Shown: positions 10,933 to 23,302, counted from the first letter of the stretch. The stretch is 64,000 nucleotides of DNA from Nitrospinales bacterium (GCA_965262115.1 OZ253496.1:1920001-1984000); one strand, 5' to 3'. Notes: generated from the letters alone by a model not told the origin. Numbers and translations are program-made.

Positions 10933-11084
10933 ATTTTCAGTAAAAGATGGGGATGAAGTGACACTGGGCAACAGGAGAATATTGTCAAACAGGAGGAGAA
11001 CTTAGGCTAAAAACGTGGGCAAAATAACTGTTTGTATTTCAATCATGGGACCCCCCACTGGATCTACCCCTTGTATGTTGTTCA

Positions 11085-11295
11085 TAAGGGAAATTTGTAA
11101 TAGTTGTTCCTGCGAGTTCTGTGAAAAACCGGTTTTTGGTTTTCCACAAGCTCCCAGGATTTGATTCAGGGCACAATAGATCGTTTACCCCTGGGGCTTT
11201 TAAGCCCGTCCCGCAGCGCAGATCGTTGTGTCCTATTTTGATTAACCCGAACAGTTGCCTGGGACTTTGAGTCCGCATCGACAAGGTTGGGAGAC
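11085..11295 (+). ncRNA. Predicted bridge RNA of IS110 copy 1 (ends approximate)
   Basis: Stem gggcacaatagatc/gatcgttgtgtcc encloses tttacccct (11184-92) and gtcccgcag (11208-16), matching the target; second loop has acagttgc (11251-58) and acaag (11281-85), matching the donor. Confidence 0.8.
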
Positions 11296-11301
11296 CAAAT
11301 T

Positions 11302-12232
<931 letters not shown>

Positions 12233-12456
12233 CATTTAACACAGTTGCTGCGGGGCATGAAGGCTAATGTTGGGGACACCACAAACACCGATGGACAGAG
12301 ACAAAAGATTCCCTCCCTTCATATGGAGGGACTTAGGGAGGGTTGGATTGACCGCCCGGAGTTTTGTCATCGCGAATCGCGAAGCGGCGTGGCGACCCAG
12401 GTTCTTTCATTGGGAATTGAATTAATATTGCAAGGCTGGATTGCCGCGCTCCTTTT

Positions 12457-12533
12457 ACCCCTTTGGGGCATGAAGGTTAAGGTTGAGGATATTACATATA
12501 CCTTCGGGGCAAGAAGTTAATGTTGGGAACATT
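12457..12533 (+). repeat. Two tandem copies of the ~40-bp unit
   Basis: tacccctttggggcatgaaggttaaggttgaggatattaca followed by taccttcggggcaagaagttaatgttgggaac. Confidence 0.75.
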
Positions 12534-12566
12534 TAAAAAGTTTTCAGATACTCGTCGAATATGACA

Positions 12567-12758
12567 TTAAAGCGCCGAACGTGGAGTTATGATTGGCCCA
12601 CCTCCTAACCCCTTCCACATTAAAACGAACAGAGTAATCACCAAAACTATAAAAACAGCCAAAATAATCTTGGCTGATTTACTCATGGCTGGTTCTGGTT
12701 TAACTTCATTTTGAGGCGACTCAACTTTTTTATATTGTTGCATATCGTTGCAGTCCAT
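12567..12758 (-). CDS. Small single-TM hypothetical protein
   Basis: 63-aa ORF with one strong hydrophobic helix; purine-rich RBS-like sequence upstream. Confidence 0.4.
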   Translation of the reverse strand: MDCNDMQQYKKVESPQNEVKPEPAMSKSAKIILAVFIVLVITLFVLMWKGLGGGPIITPRSAL

Positions 12759-13069
12759 TTCTGAGAAGGAGAGAGGGCTGGGGAAACAAAATTGCTTATG
12801 AGGACAAAGTTATAATTTACCTTTTTACTCTGCACCCAACTCCTACGGTACAATGTAGCACTATTCATGGGAGTGTGTCTGCAGTGAATGGGAGTGACAC
12901 AAAAAGTTAATAAAATAAATAGGTCCTAGTCAGGGTCATTTTAATTTTAATATTAAATTTGCAGCAAGAGAATACAGGTGGTAAAGAAAACTGAGACGAT
13001 TAGAAAACACATCTCGTCCAAACGATTGTTTACCGTAAGGTAGGGTGGAAAATAGAGGAGATTCGTTTA

Positions 13070-13291
13070 ATGACTGAACTGGAAGAACTCAATGACCCAA
13101 AGAAGCTTAATGATTTAATGGAAAAAATAAATACAAAATTGGCAATAATAGGTGTCCAGCTTAGAGAAAGGGTACCCATGTCACTGACTCTCTTAAGTGA
13201 TGAGTTGAACTACGAAATATCAACGGGTGATACAGTCTATCCACTAATTTTAGAGTGGTTTAAGAACAGATTTCCAGGCGAAAATATATAA
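13070..13291 (+). CDS. Hypothetical protein
   Basis: 73 aa, strong GAGGAG RBS. Confidence 0.5.
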   Translation: MTELEELNDPKKLNDLMEKINTKLAIIGVQLRERVPMSLTLLSDELNYEISTGDTVYPLILEWFKNRFPGENI

Positions 13292-13580
13292 GTAAAAGAC
13301 GAGTAAATTTAAATGTCCGCTTGGAAAATTTATACCGAAGCGCAAATGGCAACCTCAATAAATGGAGTTGGAGAGGTAGGCTAAAAGATGAACGATTGGA
13401 AACCGAAAACTAACTAAACAGGCAAAGATCAAATGGTGGTTCTGGCTCCTGTTAGCTGTTTTTTGTTTTGGTATATGGGTCAACCATCAAAGCATCCATC
13501 AAATGCGATAAAGATTGATCTTCCCCTGAATTGGTGGACACATCGAAAAGTGTGGATAATACACTTTTGGAGGTGTTTTT

Positions 13581-13855
13581 ATGGGAACCAAACGCAGGAG
13601 TTTCAGTAAAGAATTCAAGTTAGAAGCGGTTCGATTGGTTATTGAAGTAGGCGATAGCATTGCCCGGGTGTCCCGGGATCTGGGAATCCGTTCTGCCCTT
13701 CTGGGTCGCTGGAAACAGGAGTATGAGGAGGATCAGGGGAATGCGTTTCCCGGCAAAGGACAGCTTAAGCCGGGAGATGAGTTGCAGCAGTTGCGGCGAG
13801 AAAACGCTCGCCTTCGTATGGAGCGGGACATATTAAAAAAGGCGGCAGTTATCTT
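13581..13855 (+). pseudogene. IS3 orfA (HTH), interrupted; last codons at 15086-15104
   Basis: RRSFSKEFKLEAV...LRMERDILKKAAVI; removing the insert restores IFSKGSQ-stop overlapping the orfB ATG. Confidence 0.88.
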
Positions 13856-13906
13856 TGTGATGTCCTCTTCATTTGTCTTCATGCCCCGAAGCAACTGTGT
13901 TAAATG

Positions 13907-15065
<1,159 letters not shown>

Positions 15066-15100
15066 TGAACAACATACAAGGGGTACTCGAAGGGTTCCCA

Positions 15101-15964
15101 ATGAGATATCGGTTTATACGGGATCATCGAGAAGCATTTCCGGTAAGCCCGATGTGCCGGGTTCTGGAAGTGGGACGAAGTGGGTTCTATGCCTGGCTGA
15201 GCCGCCCCGAGAGCCTGAGGAGCCGTGAGAAGCAGCGATGGGTTGATGAGATCAAAACCGTTTATAAGAAGAGTCGCCAGACTTATGGCAGTCCCAGAAT
15301 TCATGAGGACTTGAAAGACAAGGGATATGCCATTGGCAGGCATCGTATTGCCCGTCTTATGCGCGAGCATGGAATCGTTGCCAAGCACAAAAGAAAGTTT
15401 AGGGTGACAACCGATTCCAAACATAATCACCCGGTGGCAAAAAACAAACTGCAACGGCGGTTTAATGTTGCTGAGCCCGGTCAATGCTGGGTTTCGGATA
15501 TCACCTATATCCCGACTCAAGAGGGCTGGTTATACCTTGCGGTGACGCTGGATTTATTCCACCGTAAAGTTATTGGTTGGGCCATGGATCGTTGGATAAC
15601 CCGTTGGTTGGTAATGAGAGCTTTAAATATGGCAATGAAGAACGGCGGCATGAAACCGGGATTGATTCACCATTCTGACCGGGGGGTTCAATATGCCTGC
15701 AACGATTTTCAAGCCTTGCTCAATGTTCATGGGATAGAGTGCAGTATGAGCCGGAAGGGCGATTGCTGGGATAACGCCGTGGCGGAGAGTTTTTTCCATA
15801 CTCTCAAAGTGGAACTCATTCATAACCGGAACTACAAAACCCGTCAGCAAGCAAAGAAGGATATTTTTGAATATATCGAAGTGTTTTATAATCGGCAACG
15901 CCGTCACTAATATCTCGGCTATCTCAGCCCTGCCGAATTCGAGAAACAGGCCTATGCCTCTTAA
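15101..15964 (+). pseudogene. IS3 orfB DDE transposase with premature TAA at 15908-10
   Basis: [33 protein letters not shown]; frame continues YLGYLSPAEFE. Confidence 0.88.
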
Positions 15965-16103
15965 CTAACTGTCCACTAAAACAGGGGAAGATCAGTATGT
16001 GATATCCCCATCATTTATATTTCTGCATTGGACGATGTTTCCTATTCGGAATAATGATAAACTTGGCAATAAACTCAAAACTCTCGATATGGAGATTGTA
16101 AAG

Positions 16104-16634
16104 ATGAACAAGACTCTGTTTACATTTGTGGTCATGCTCTGCTTTCTGTTCGTGGCGACATTTTCATCGGCTGGACCAGAAGGACACAAACCCTATGTTG
16201 GATCGAAAGCCTTCGAGCGAATGAAACAACTGGCAGGAAACTGGGCAGCCTCTATGAAAATGGGGGAGGAAGTCATGAAGATGAAGTCCAGCTATAAACT
16301 GACTTCCGCCGGAAGCGTATTGATAGAAACCACGCATGAAGGCGCACCGCATGAGATGGTGTCGGTCTACCACGACAACAAAGATAAAAAACTGGTCATG
16401 ACCCATTATTGCGCCGAGCATAACCAGCCTAAACTGGTTCTTGCAAAAATGGACGGCAACAAACTGACGATGGACCTTTCTTCTGACAGTGACATCGATG
16501 TTGCCAGGGAGATGCATATTCACGCTGTTTCCATCGAGTTTGAAGGGGATGACAAGATGACCCAGCAGTGGACAAGTTATTCGGATGGCAAAGAGGGGAT
16601 GGTCGTGACAATGGCATTCAACAGGGTGAAATGA
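16104..16634 (+). CDS. Secreted hypothetical protein
   Basis: GGAG RBS, signal peptide, beta-rich body with MTHYC..NQP. Confidence 0.7.
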   Translation: MNKTLFTFVVMLCFLFVATFSSAGPEGHKPYVGSKAFERMKQLAGNWAASMKMGEEVMKMKSSYKLTSAGSVLIETTHEGAPHEMVSVYHDNKDKKLVMTHYCAEHNQPKLVLAKMDGNKLTMDLSSDSDIDVAREMHIHAVSIEFEGDDKMTQQWTSYSDGKEGMVVTMAFNRVK

Positions 16635-16665
16635 TGCTCTGAAATAATATGCAGGGGTAATAAAA

Positions 16666-16812
16666 ATGAAACAGACCCGAAAGAAAACCCCGACTAAGCC
16701 AGGTCAACCGCGCAAAATAGTCAAAAAGGTCCGGAAAGATTTGGCGAAGAAAAAACAGGCCGAGGACCAACAGAAACTGGCCCAACTGTGGGACGAAGAT
16801 CTTTGTGAGTAG
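16666..16812 (+). CDS. Small Lys/Arg-rich protein (48 aa; not in ORF track)
   Basis: MKQTRKKTPTKPGQPRKIVKKVRKDLAKKKQAEDQQKLAQLWDEDLCE with AGGGG RBS. Confidence 0.4.
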   Translation: MKQTRKKTPTKPGQPRKIVKKVRKDLAKKKQAEDQQKLAQLWDEDLCE

Positions 16813-16888
16813 AGGGTGTGCGGCAATGCCGCATGAAGTTAAAGGAAGAGGGCCGCGGATGAGGGGTCGCCCCATGGGCTTCGCCTCT

Positions 16889-17572
16889 TTAAAGTTTTTC
16901 CAGCCACTCTCTGGCGAGCCCCACCGCAGTGATGATCTGCCCAGGGGTCATTTTCTTTTCTATAATGTCCGCATTTTTGCTTCCAACTTCATTCCCGTTC
17001 ACCCCGGCAATGTTAAACCACTTGTGAGCTTCTACATAATCCTGCTCAACGCCCTGGCCCTTTTCATACATCAGGCCAAGGTTGGACTGGGCACCGGAAA
17101 TCCTCTGCTCAGCTGAAAGCCTATACCATTTGACCGCTTCTTTATCATTCAGAGGGACTCCCTCACCCCTCATATGCATCAACCCAAGATTGTATTGGGC
17201 CTGACCATACCCCTGGTCGGCCGATAGCTTGAACCATTTGATCGCTTCTATATAATCCCGCACAACTCCCTGGCCCCTTGCATGCAAGACTCCAAGATTG
17301 TGCTGGGCCTGAGGCAACCCCTGTTCGGCCGCGAGCTTATACCATCTGACCGCTTCGCTAAAATCCTGTTCGGCTCCCTGGCCTTTGCCATACATCAGCC
17401 CCAGGTTGGTTTGCGCTTCGGCGAATCCCTGTTCTGCCGCCAGTCGATACCACCTGATGGCCTCTTTAAAGTCCTGGGCAACGTCCTGGCCTCTACTGTA
17501 GAAAAAGCCAAGGTTATATTGGGCTTCGGCACTTCCTTCTTCCGCTAAAGGTTTCCATTCATTAAAAGTCAT
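16889..17572 (-). CDS. Sel1-repeat protein
   Basis: Five AQxNLG.MY..G.GV.QD..EA..WY..AAEQG repeats. Confidence 0.9.
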   Translation of the reverse strand: MTFNEWKPLAEEGSAEAQYNLGFFYSRGQDVAQDFKEAIRWYRLAAEQGFAEAQTNLGLMYGKGQGAEQDFSEAVRWYKLAAEQGLPQAQHNLGVLHARGQGVVRDYIEAIKWFKLSADQGYGQAQYNLGLMHMRGEGVPLNDKEAVKWYRLSAEQRISGAQSNLGLMYEKGQGVEQDYVEAHKWFNIAGVNGNEVGSKNADIIEKKMTPGQIITAVGLAREWLEKL

Positions 17573-19214
17573 TCAAATATTCCTTTGTCTCTGTAAGTTC
17601 AGGAAAACCCGGGTCGGCATTTTTTAACTGGCTGAGCAATTGTTCATAGGTTTCTTTTGCTGCGGATTTGTCGCCACTCGCTTTGGCGGCGCGAGCCGCC
17701 CCCACCAGAGAGCGGAGTCGGTTGCGGTGCCGCAACAGGGAGATGGCAAATTGCTCCTGGGCCTGAACCGGTTTGTCGGCTTGCAGATAAACTTCACCCA
17801 GCAATTCGTAGGTGGGTTTGAGAATGCGCGGCGGTCCCGACGGTGCCGGAAGTTTCTCTTCAATCAACGTTGCTTGTTTGGCGAGTTCGATGGCGGCGTC
17901 ATAATTTTTCTGGTGCAGCTTCATCGCCACCCGGATTTCCAGTTCCCACACTTCAAGGCTTTCGGGGCGTTTGAAATAGTTTTCGCGAAACCCTTTTTCG
18001 CGGATGCTTTTTAATTCGGTAAGATATTTATGGGCTTCTTCCTGTTTCCCCTGCATGGCGGCGGCGAATCCGCGGACGAAACTATATGCGGCCTTGGAAT
18101 AACTTTTAGGGTTCCATCCCTCTGGCGGAGCGAGTTGTTCTGCCCATTGCTCGGTCTCAATAATGGCGGCGGCGAACATGCGGGGATAATATTTTCCGGC
18201 TCTTAAATTGGATTTGAACTCGATTCCCTCCCGCATATCTTTTTGCTGGATGGCAAAAACCGTAGCGGACTCCTGCAAGAGTCCCTGTTGCAGGGTGGTG
18301 TAGTGCAGCCATTGCAGGCTGTGGTAACCGCGTTCGCTTTTCGGCAGGTTTTTTCTTTCCACCCAATCGACAGAAGTGGTCCACCCGTTTTGATTGGAGG
18401 TTTGCGCTTCCTGCCACATGCCAAGCTGCACAAAGATATGCGCCGGCATGTGCTGGGCGTGAGCCGATGCCGGAGCAATTTTGGCGAACCGTTTGGCGGA
18501 AGGCAAGGCCAGCCGCGCCAGATCGGGAGTGTCGAGGGCGTGGATCGCGTAATGCGCGGCGCAGGGGTGATCGGGGCTCCTCTGAAAAACCTCCAGCGCA
18601 ATAGCGCCCGACTCGATTTGCAACGGCAATTTGTTTTCCGCGTTTCGTGCCAGGCCTAAAAGAGACAGGCTGTAAAAACAGGCGGCCTCCAGGTCATTGG
18701 GATAGGTGCTATAAATTTTTTCCATGGCTTTGGAATAAGCTTTATCGCGCATGGGTTTTTTGCCGTCCCCATAAAGCAGCCGGACAGCATGAATATAGTC
18801 TTGTTCCCGCTGTGTTAACGTTGCATTTTTCGGGATTTTAGCCAGCGCGGCCTGTGCAGATTCGGCATCCTGTTCTTCCCAGAGTGGATGGTTGTGGGCC
18901 ATGGCTTGTCCCCAGTAACCCATTGCGAAACGCGGATCAGCCTTGGTAGACCGCTCAAACGCCGCCAGCGCTTCGGCGTACCAGAAAGAGTGCAGGGCGG
19001 CCACACCGCGCAGGAAATGCTGTTGCGCCTGCCCGCTACCAGAAGTGGGGAAGGAAACGGTGCCCAGTTTCGCGGCCGGGCTCATCGCCTGGGCAAAGCT
19101 TGTGGTCAGCGTAAAAATTATGATCAATGTGATAAGCCGTACGCGCGCCAAAAACATGTTATCCATCTTTGGGTCTTTCGGTAGCCAGGGTGGTGTTTTT
19201 AACGAGTGTAGCAC
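17562..19214 (-). CDS. Secreted TPR-like protein (start possibly 19157)
   Basis: Signal peptide; FLRGVAALHSFWY, HYAIHA, HAQHMPAHIF motifs; helical repeats. Confidence 0.75.
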   Translation of the reverse strand: MLHSLKTPPWLPKDPKMDNMFLARVRLITLIIIFTLTTSFAQAMSPAAKLGTVSFPTSGSGQAQQHFLRGVAALHSFWYAEALAAFERSTKADPRFAMGYWGQAMAHNHPLWEEQDAESAQAALAKIPKNATLTQREQDYIHAVRLLYGDGKKPMRDKAYSKAMEKIYSTYPNDLEAACFYSLSLLGLARNAENKLPLQIESGAIALEVFQRSPDHPCAAHYAIHALDTPDLARLALPSAKRFAKIAPASAHAQHMPAHIFVQLGMWQEAQTSNQNGWTTSVDWVERKNLPKSERGYHSLQWLHYTTLQQGLLQESATVFAIQQKDMREGIEFKSNLRAGKYYPRMFAAAIIETEQWAEQLAPPEGWNPKSYSKAAYSFVRGFAAAMQGKQEEAHKYLTELKSIREKGFRENYFKRPESLEVWELEIRVAMKLHQKNYDAAIELAKQATLIEEKLPAPSGPPRILKPTYELLGEVYLQADKPVQAQEQFAISLLRHRNRLRSLVGAARAAKASGDKSAAKETYEQLLSQLKNADPGFPELTETKEYLNDF

Positions 19215-19613
19215 AGATTAGCTGGCGAACCGCTAGAGGCTGGGACGGGAGGATTTTCGTCATCGCGAGTGACCGCAAGGAGCGCGGCGATCTAGCAGGA
19301 CTCTCTTGTCATTCTGAATACTTCGACCATGCTCAGCACAGGCTCCGTGAAGAATCTCGTTTTGTTCGATGGGATGGAGGGGTTTGCTTTAAACGTAATG
19401 GAGGGAGGCTGTCATGCTGAGGCCCTCGAAGGATATTGTTATTTAATTTTCTCTCCCATAACAAACTGATCCTCCCCTCTCATGAGAGGAGGCAAGGCGT
19501 AGCCGCGGAGGGGTGTGGATTTTTTCTGATGGAATTCATAAGCCAACCCTCCCTTGGCCCCTCCCTATGAAGGGAGGGGAAGATCATACTTTATCTTCTT
19601 CCCCGCAGGGGTA

Positions 19614-19718
19614 TCAATACCCAAGCACGGTGTGGAACACAGCACCGATGCCCACGCACCAGTAAATGCTGGCACCGATAAGATTCCATATTGAGGCTGT
19701 GATTTCTTGGAAGGTCAT
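19614..19718 (-). CDS. 34-aa hydrophobic peptide B
   Basis: MTFQEITASIWNLSGASIYWCVGIGAVFHTVLGY; homologue at ~21136-21240 differs by synonymous changes at its 3' end. Confidence 0.55.
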   Translation of the reverse strand: MTFQEITASIWNLIGASIYWCVGIGAVFHTVLGY

Positions 19719-19819
19719 TGCACCACCGCCTTAACCACAAAGAAAAAGAACGCGAGCGTGGTGATGACGGTGTTCGCCACCGCCGACCAGATCATGATTT
19801 TGTGAGTGAGTTTTTCCAT
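19715..19819 (-). CDS. 34-aa single-TM peptide A
   Basis: MEKLTHKIMIWSAVANTVITTLAFFFFVVKAVVQ; ATGA overlap with peptide B; RBS-like sequence upstream. Confidence 0.55.
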   Translation of the reverse strand: MEKLTHKIMIWSAVANTVITTLAFFFFVVKAVVQ

Positions 19820-19974
19820 AGCCTTTATATCGTCCTCATTTTTTAAGGTCTGTGATCGGCCAAAAGGGGACTCTTATTTGGTGGAGTAGGAGTTTGTTAT
19901 ATCGCGTCCAATCTCTTTCAATGCGATCCACGGTGGATTTTTGAAAATCTTCAAGGGGCAACAAAAATTGCCGA

Positions 19975-20292
19975 TCAGGGTAAACTTAAAATTATCTCGT
20001 CGTTTTCTATCTTTACCGGATAAGTTTCGACAAAGGCTCCATCATCACATAAGTCCAGGGAAACACATTCGCCGTTGGTGACATCAAATTGCCAATAGTG
20101 GGCTGGGCAGGTCACTAGTTTTCCTTCCAATTTACCAGTGGCCAAAGAAGCTCCCACGTGCGGACATTCATCCTCAAAAGCAAAAAGTTTACCTTCAATC
20201 ATGAACATCGCTACCTTCTTGTCGTTGATAGTAAACGCTTTGCCATGGCCGTCGAAAACATGATGCCATTTCCCTAAATTATGTTCGGTCAT
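19975..20292 (-). CDS. Rieske [2Fe-2S] ferredoxin
   Basis: CPH and CPAH Rieske ligand motifs. Confidence 0.88.
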   Translation of the reverse strand: MTEHNLGKWHHVFDGHGKAFTINDKKVAMFMIEGKLFAFEDECPHVGASLATGKLEGKLVTCPAHYWQFDVTNGECVSLDLCDDGAFVETYPVKIENDEIILSLP

Positions 20293-20305
20293 AAATTTCC
20301 CTTTT

Positions 20306-20480
20306 CTAAAAATGGCGGCGTTGCTGATTGTAAAATATTTCAATGTAATCAAAAATATTCGTTTTTGCTTCTTGACGGAAATCATAAACCTTTCCAAGAA
20401 TCAACTCCACCTTTAAAGTATGGAAGAAACTTTCCACCACGGCATTGTCCGAGCAATCACCCTTCGGCGAAAAAGCCCAC
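20306..20480 (-). mobile_element. IS3-family transposase C-terminal remnant
   Basis: [22 protein letters not shown]...YIEIFYNQQRRH, similar to orfB at 15101-15964. Confidence 0.8.
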
Positions 20481-20583
20481 AACCACGAAGACCAGGAAGA
20501 ACGGCCCCTTAAATAACCCACCCCAAAAACCGGTTTACACAGGCAGGATTAATGTCGGCTTTCGGCCAATAGCGGACGTTCCT

Positions 20584-21099
20584 TCAAACTTTGCATCTGT
20601 CAATTCGCAATCCGAAATATAAGTGACCTACCTCGAGACCCTCAAACTCTGCTACTCGTGGCAAATGTCCCCATTTCTTGAAACCAAACTTTTCCAAAAG
20701 CCTGATGCTGCCCTGATTGTTATCGATAAGGATACCAAATAATGTTTTTATCTGAAGTGAAGGACAAAGATCGATAGCATATTGCAGAAGACGCGAAGCA
20801 ATGCCTTGACGATGATATTCAAATTGAATGAAGAAGCTCACTTCAGCTGTATGACGAAGGGCCATACGACCAGGACGATATGGGCTGATAGTTAAATAGC
20901 CAACAATCGATTCACTTTCTTCAGCAATCAAGATGGGGTATTTTTCAGGCAAGTGGTCTGCAAACCATTTCTTTCGATCATCTGTTGTGACGGGCGTGAT
21001 GTCTGCTGTTTTTTGACCCATGGCTATTGACTGATTGTATATTTCGACAATCGCTTCCAAGTCCCTAGGTTTTGCAATTCTTATGTTCATTATTTCCAT
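20584..21099 (-). CDS. GNAT N-acetyltransferase (phosphinothricin acetyltransferase-like)
   Basis: DLEAIVEIYNQ, HRQGIASRLL, NQGSIRLLEKFGF motifs. Confidence 0.88.
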   Translation of the reverse strand: MEIMNIRIAKPRDLEAIVEIYNQSIAMGQKTADITPVTTDDRKKWFADHLPEKYPILIAEESESIVGYLTISPYRPGRMALRHTAEVSFFIQFEYHRQGIASRLLQYAIDLCPSLQIKTLFGILIDNNQGSIRLLEKFGFKKWGHLPRVAEFEGLEVGHLYFGLRIDRCKV

Positions 21100-21135
21100 A
21101 TAACAACGAACCTTTACTCATCGAACGCTAGGGGT

Positions 21136-21377
21136 CAGTATCCCAGAACCGTGTGGAACACAGCACCGATGCCCACGCACCAGTAAATGCCGACACCAAT
21201 CAGGTTCAATATGGACGCCTTGATTTCTTGGAAGGTCGTTGCACCACCGCCTTAACCACAAAGAAAAAAACGCGAGCGTGGTGATGGTGGTGTTGGCCAC
21301 CGCCGACCAGATCATGATTGTGTGAGTTACCTTTTCCATCATTTTTTAAGGTCTGCTATCGGCCAATAGCGGATATT
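21136..21377 (-). pseudogene. Diverged second copy of 19614-19872 (peptide A/B pair, disrupted)
   Basis: Direct repeat of ~240 bp; 1-bp deletion in peptide A, ATGA overlap changed to ACGA. Confidence 0.7.
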
Positions 21378-21428
21378 CACACAGCTTTGACTCACAGGCG
21401 GCGTTTGCGCGTCCGGTACCACAAATAA

Positions 21429-23012
21429 TTAGCCAGTCGGTAAGATATTTTCAAGCGCTTTACGAATCTTCACGCCTAGAATGTGCAATGGTTCTTTATC
21501 CGCAGCGTTCAGAGCATTAACAATCAGATCAACATACGAATGTTTATTAAGACCAAGTTTGTGGACTAGAATATTGAAATAGACTTTTCCTGGTAGTAGC
21601 TTTATTAGAGAGTCATATGGCGCTACAAGCGCACTTTCTATTGTTGCCTTTTCCTCGTTGAAAATGGAATCTGGAGCAATACTCCAATTATCCGATGATA
21701 GCGCTGAGCAATGATTTTCTCGAACTTCAGCCTCTGACCCATCTACAATTAGGCTGTTAAGCGATCTATTTACCTGATCCATACATCGCGCCCTAAACCG
21801 TTCAGATATTTGTTTTAACAGTAAACCATCACGAAATCGAGTTGCGGCCTCTAAACTGAACTCCAAATATAGAGTGTCCGCCTCTGACGGGGTAATGCCA
21901 AGGTGGTTTGCGACAGCGACAAACAGGCCCTTAATACAAAATAAGCTTTCTATCTCATGCACTGGAAGCGGCGTCACTTCATCTGGCAGAGAATCTAAGA
22001 ACTGGTTAGGCCAATAGTCGAGATCTATCAGGCCAATCGCTGTTACCCCCGATATTATCTCGCTTTCGCAGAATGCTGAGGAGCACTTTATGACATCCCT
22101 ACATGAACCTACAGGGATAACGGCATCCTTACGACCATTGAACCAAGCCCGAAAAAACTTTTGATCGTAGCTGGACTCAGTGCCTTCGCAAAAGATCAAT
22201 CGATCTGCAAAAATTGAGAAAGATGCCGCAGAAAGAATATCCTCTTCAACATCTAAAGGAATACCAGACCCAGTATTTATTAACTCCGGTTGCTGCCCGG
22301 GTCGCATGATTAAATAATCGTCTGTGTCTCGTGATCGAGCGAATGTTAAGTCATGAGTTATGTAAACAAACCTACAATCAGCACGAAGCTGCTCAAGTTC
22401 GTCCCAAAATTGAATTGCTAATCGACTATGAAAATGTACTTCTGGTTCATCTACCACAATAATTCCTGAATTTGCATCAAGAACACGTCCTGCTAAGTAC
22501 AGTGCCACACGCTCGCCATCGCTCATAGACTTTGCCGAGTAAGCTGTTTCTCCAGTAACATACTCAGAGGTAACTTTAGGCGTGTAACCTTTGAAATTAA
22601 TATGACGACCCGGAAAAAGTAACTGCCAGAATTTCTGAAGGCGCATTAGGTTTGTTGTTTCGGGTTCGGTTGTTCCCGATTTATACTTTTCACGAAAATC
22701 GATAGCAGCTGCAGAGTCTTCAGCCATTAGTTTGGCAAAAAGGTTATTAATTTCTGATGATATGTTCCAGGGCTGTTTGCGTCGTTGTTTCTTGTGCTGT
22801 GCTAATTCTTGTTCGGCCTGGACAAGTGATTGCATAGGAATATTTTCATCCAACGCAATGTTGCGAAGGGCAGCTATCGTCTCAGCGCTATTCCACGAAG
22901 CCAATTCAAGACCAAAGCGGGTTTTACCTGAACCGTTCGAACCTAGAATGATGACCGGTTTAGATCCATCGAGGACAGTTCCCTCGCTATTGTATTTAAG
23001 TGGTTTGTTCAT
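21429..23012 (-). CDS. ABC-type ATPase fused to TOPRIM/DUF4435-like domain (PARIS/OLD-like candidate defence protein)
   Basis: GSNGSGKT, MSDGER, VDEPEVH, ITHD; C-terminal IFCEG, IDLDY, HEIES. Confidence 0.75.
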   Translation of the reverse strand: MNKPLKYNSEGTVLDGSKPVIILGSNGSGKTRFGLELASWNSAETIAALRNIALDENIPMQSLVQAEQELAQHKKQRRKQPWNISSEINNLFAKLMAEDSAAAIDFREKYKSGTTEPETTNLMRLQKFWQLLFPGRHINFKGYTPKVTSEYVTGETAYSAKSMSDGERVALYLAGRVLDANSGIIVVDEPEVHFHSRLAIQFWDELEQLRADCRFVYITHDLTFARSRDTDDYLIMRPGQQPELINTGSGIPLDVEEDILSAASFSIFADRLIFCEGTESSYDQKFFRAWFNGRKDAVIPVGSCRDVIKCSSAFCESEIISGVTAIGLIDLDYWPNQFLDSLPDEVTPLPVHEIESLFCIKGLFVAVANHLGITPSEADTLYLEFSLEAATRFRDGLLLKQISERFRARCMDQVNRSLNSLIVDGSEAEVRENHCSALSSDNWSIAPDSIFNEEKATIESALVAPYDSLIKLLPGKVYFNILVHKLGLNKHSYVDLIVNALNAADKEPLHILGVKIRKALENILPTG

Positions 23013-23302
23013 ATTGAATGTTCAATCCTAGAATGGCTAAGAGTTGTTTGTGTAAAATAAAAGCATATTATAATAAACAATATTTGCCTGAGTTACGTCC
23101 GCTTAGGGTCGTTTGCGGTCTTAAGATCAGCGTGAATCCAGGGGGCAAGCTCATTCCTGCCCCGTCATTGGTTCTTATTCCACATTCGAATTTTACAGGT
23201 TTGGCGGGGGTAGTACAAGGTTGCCCGGTTATCGTTATTATTTATATCATTTTCGGGTTTCCGATCAGGTTGGTTTACAACTCCCGCCTGTTGCTCTCCG
23301 TT

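Noticed and set aside
20584..23012. Classical integron
   Set aside because: No intI gene and no complete attC with paired R/L boxes could be traced; only a core-like GTTATAT
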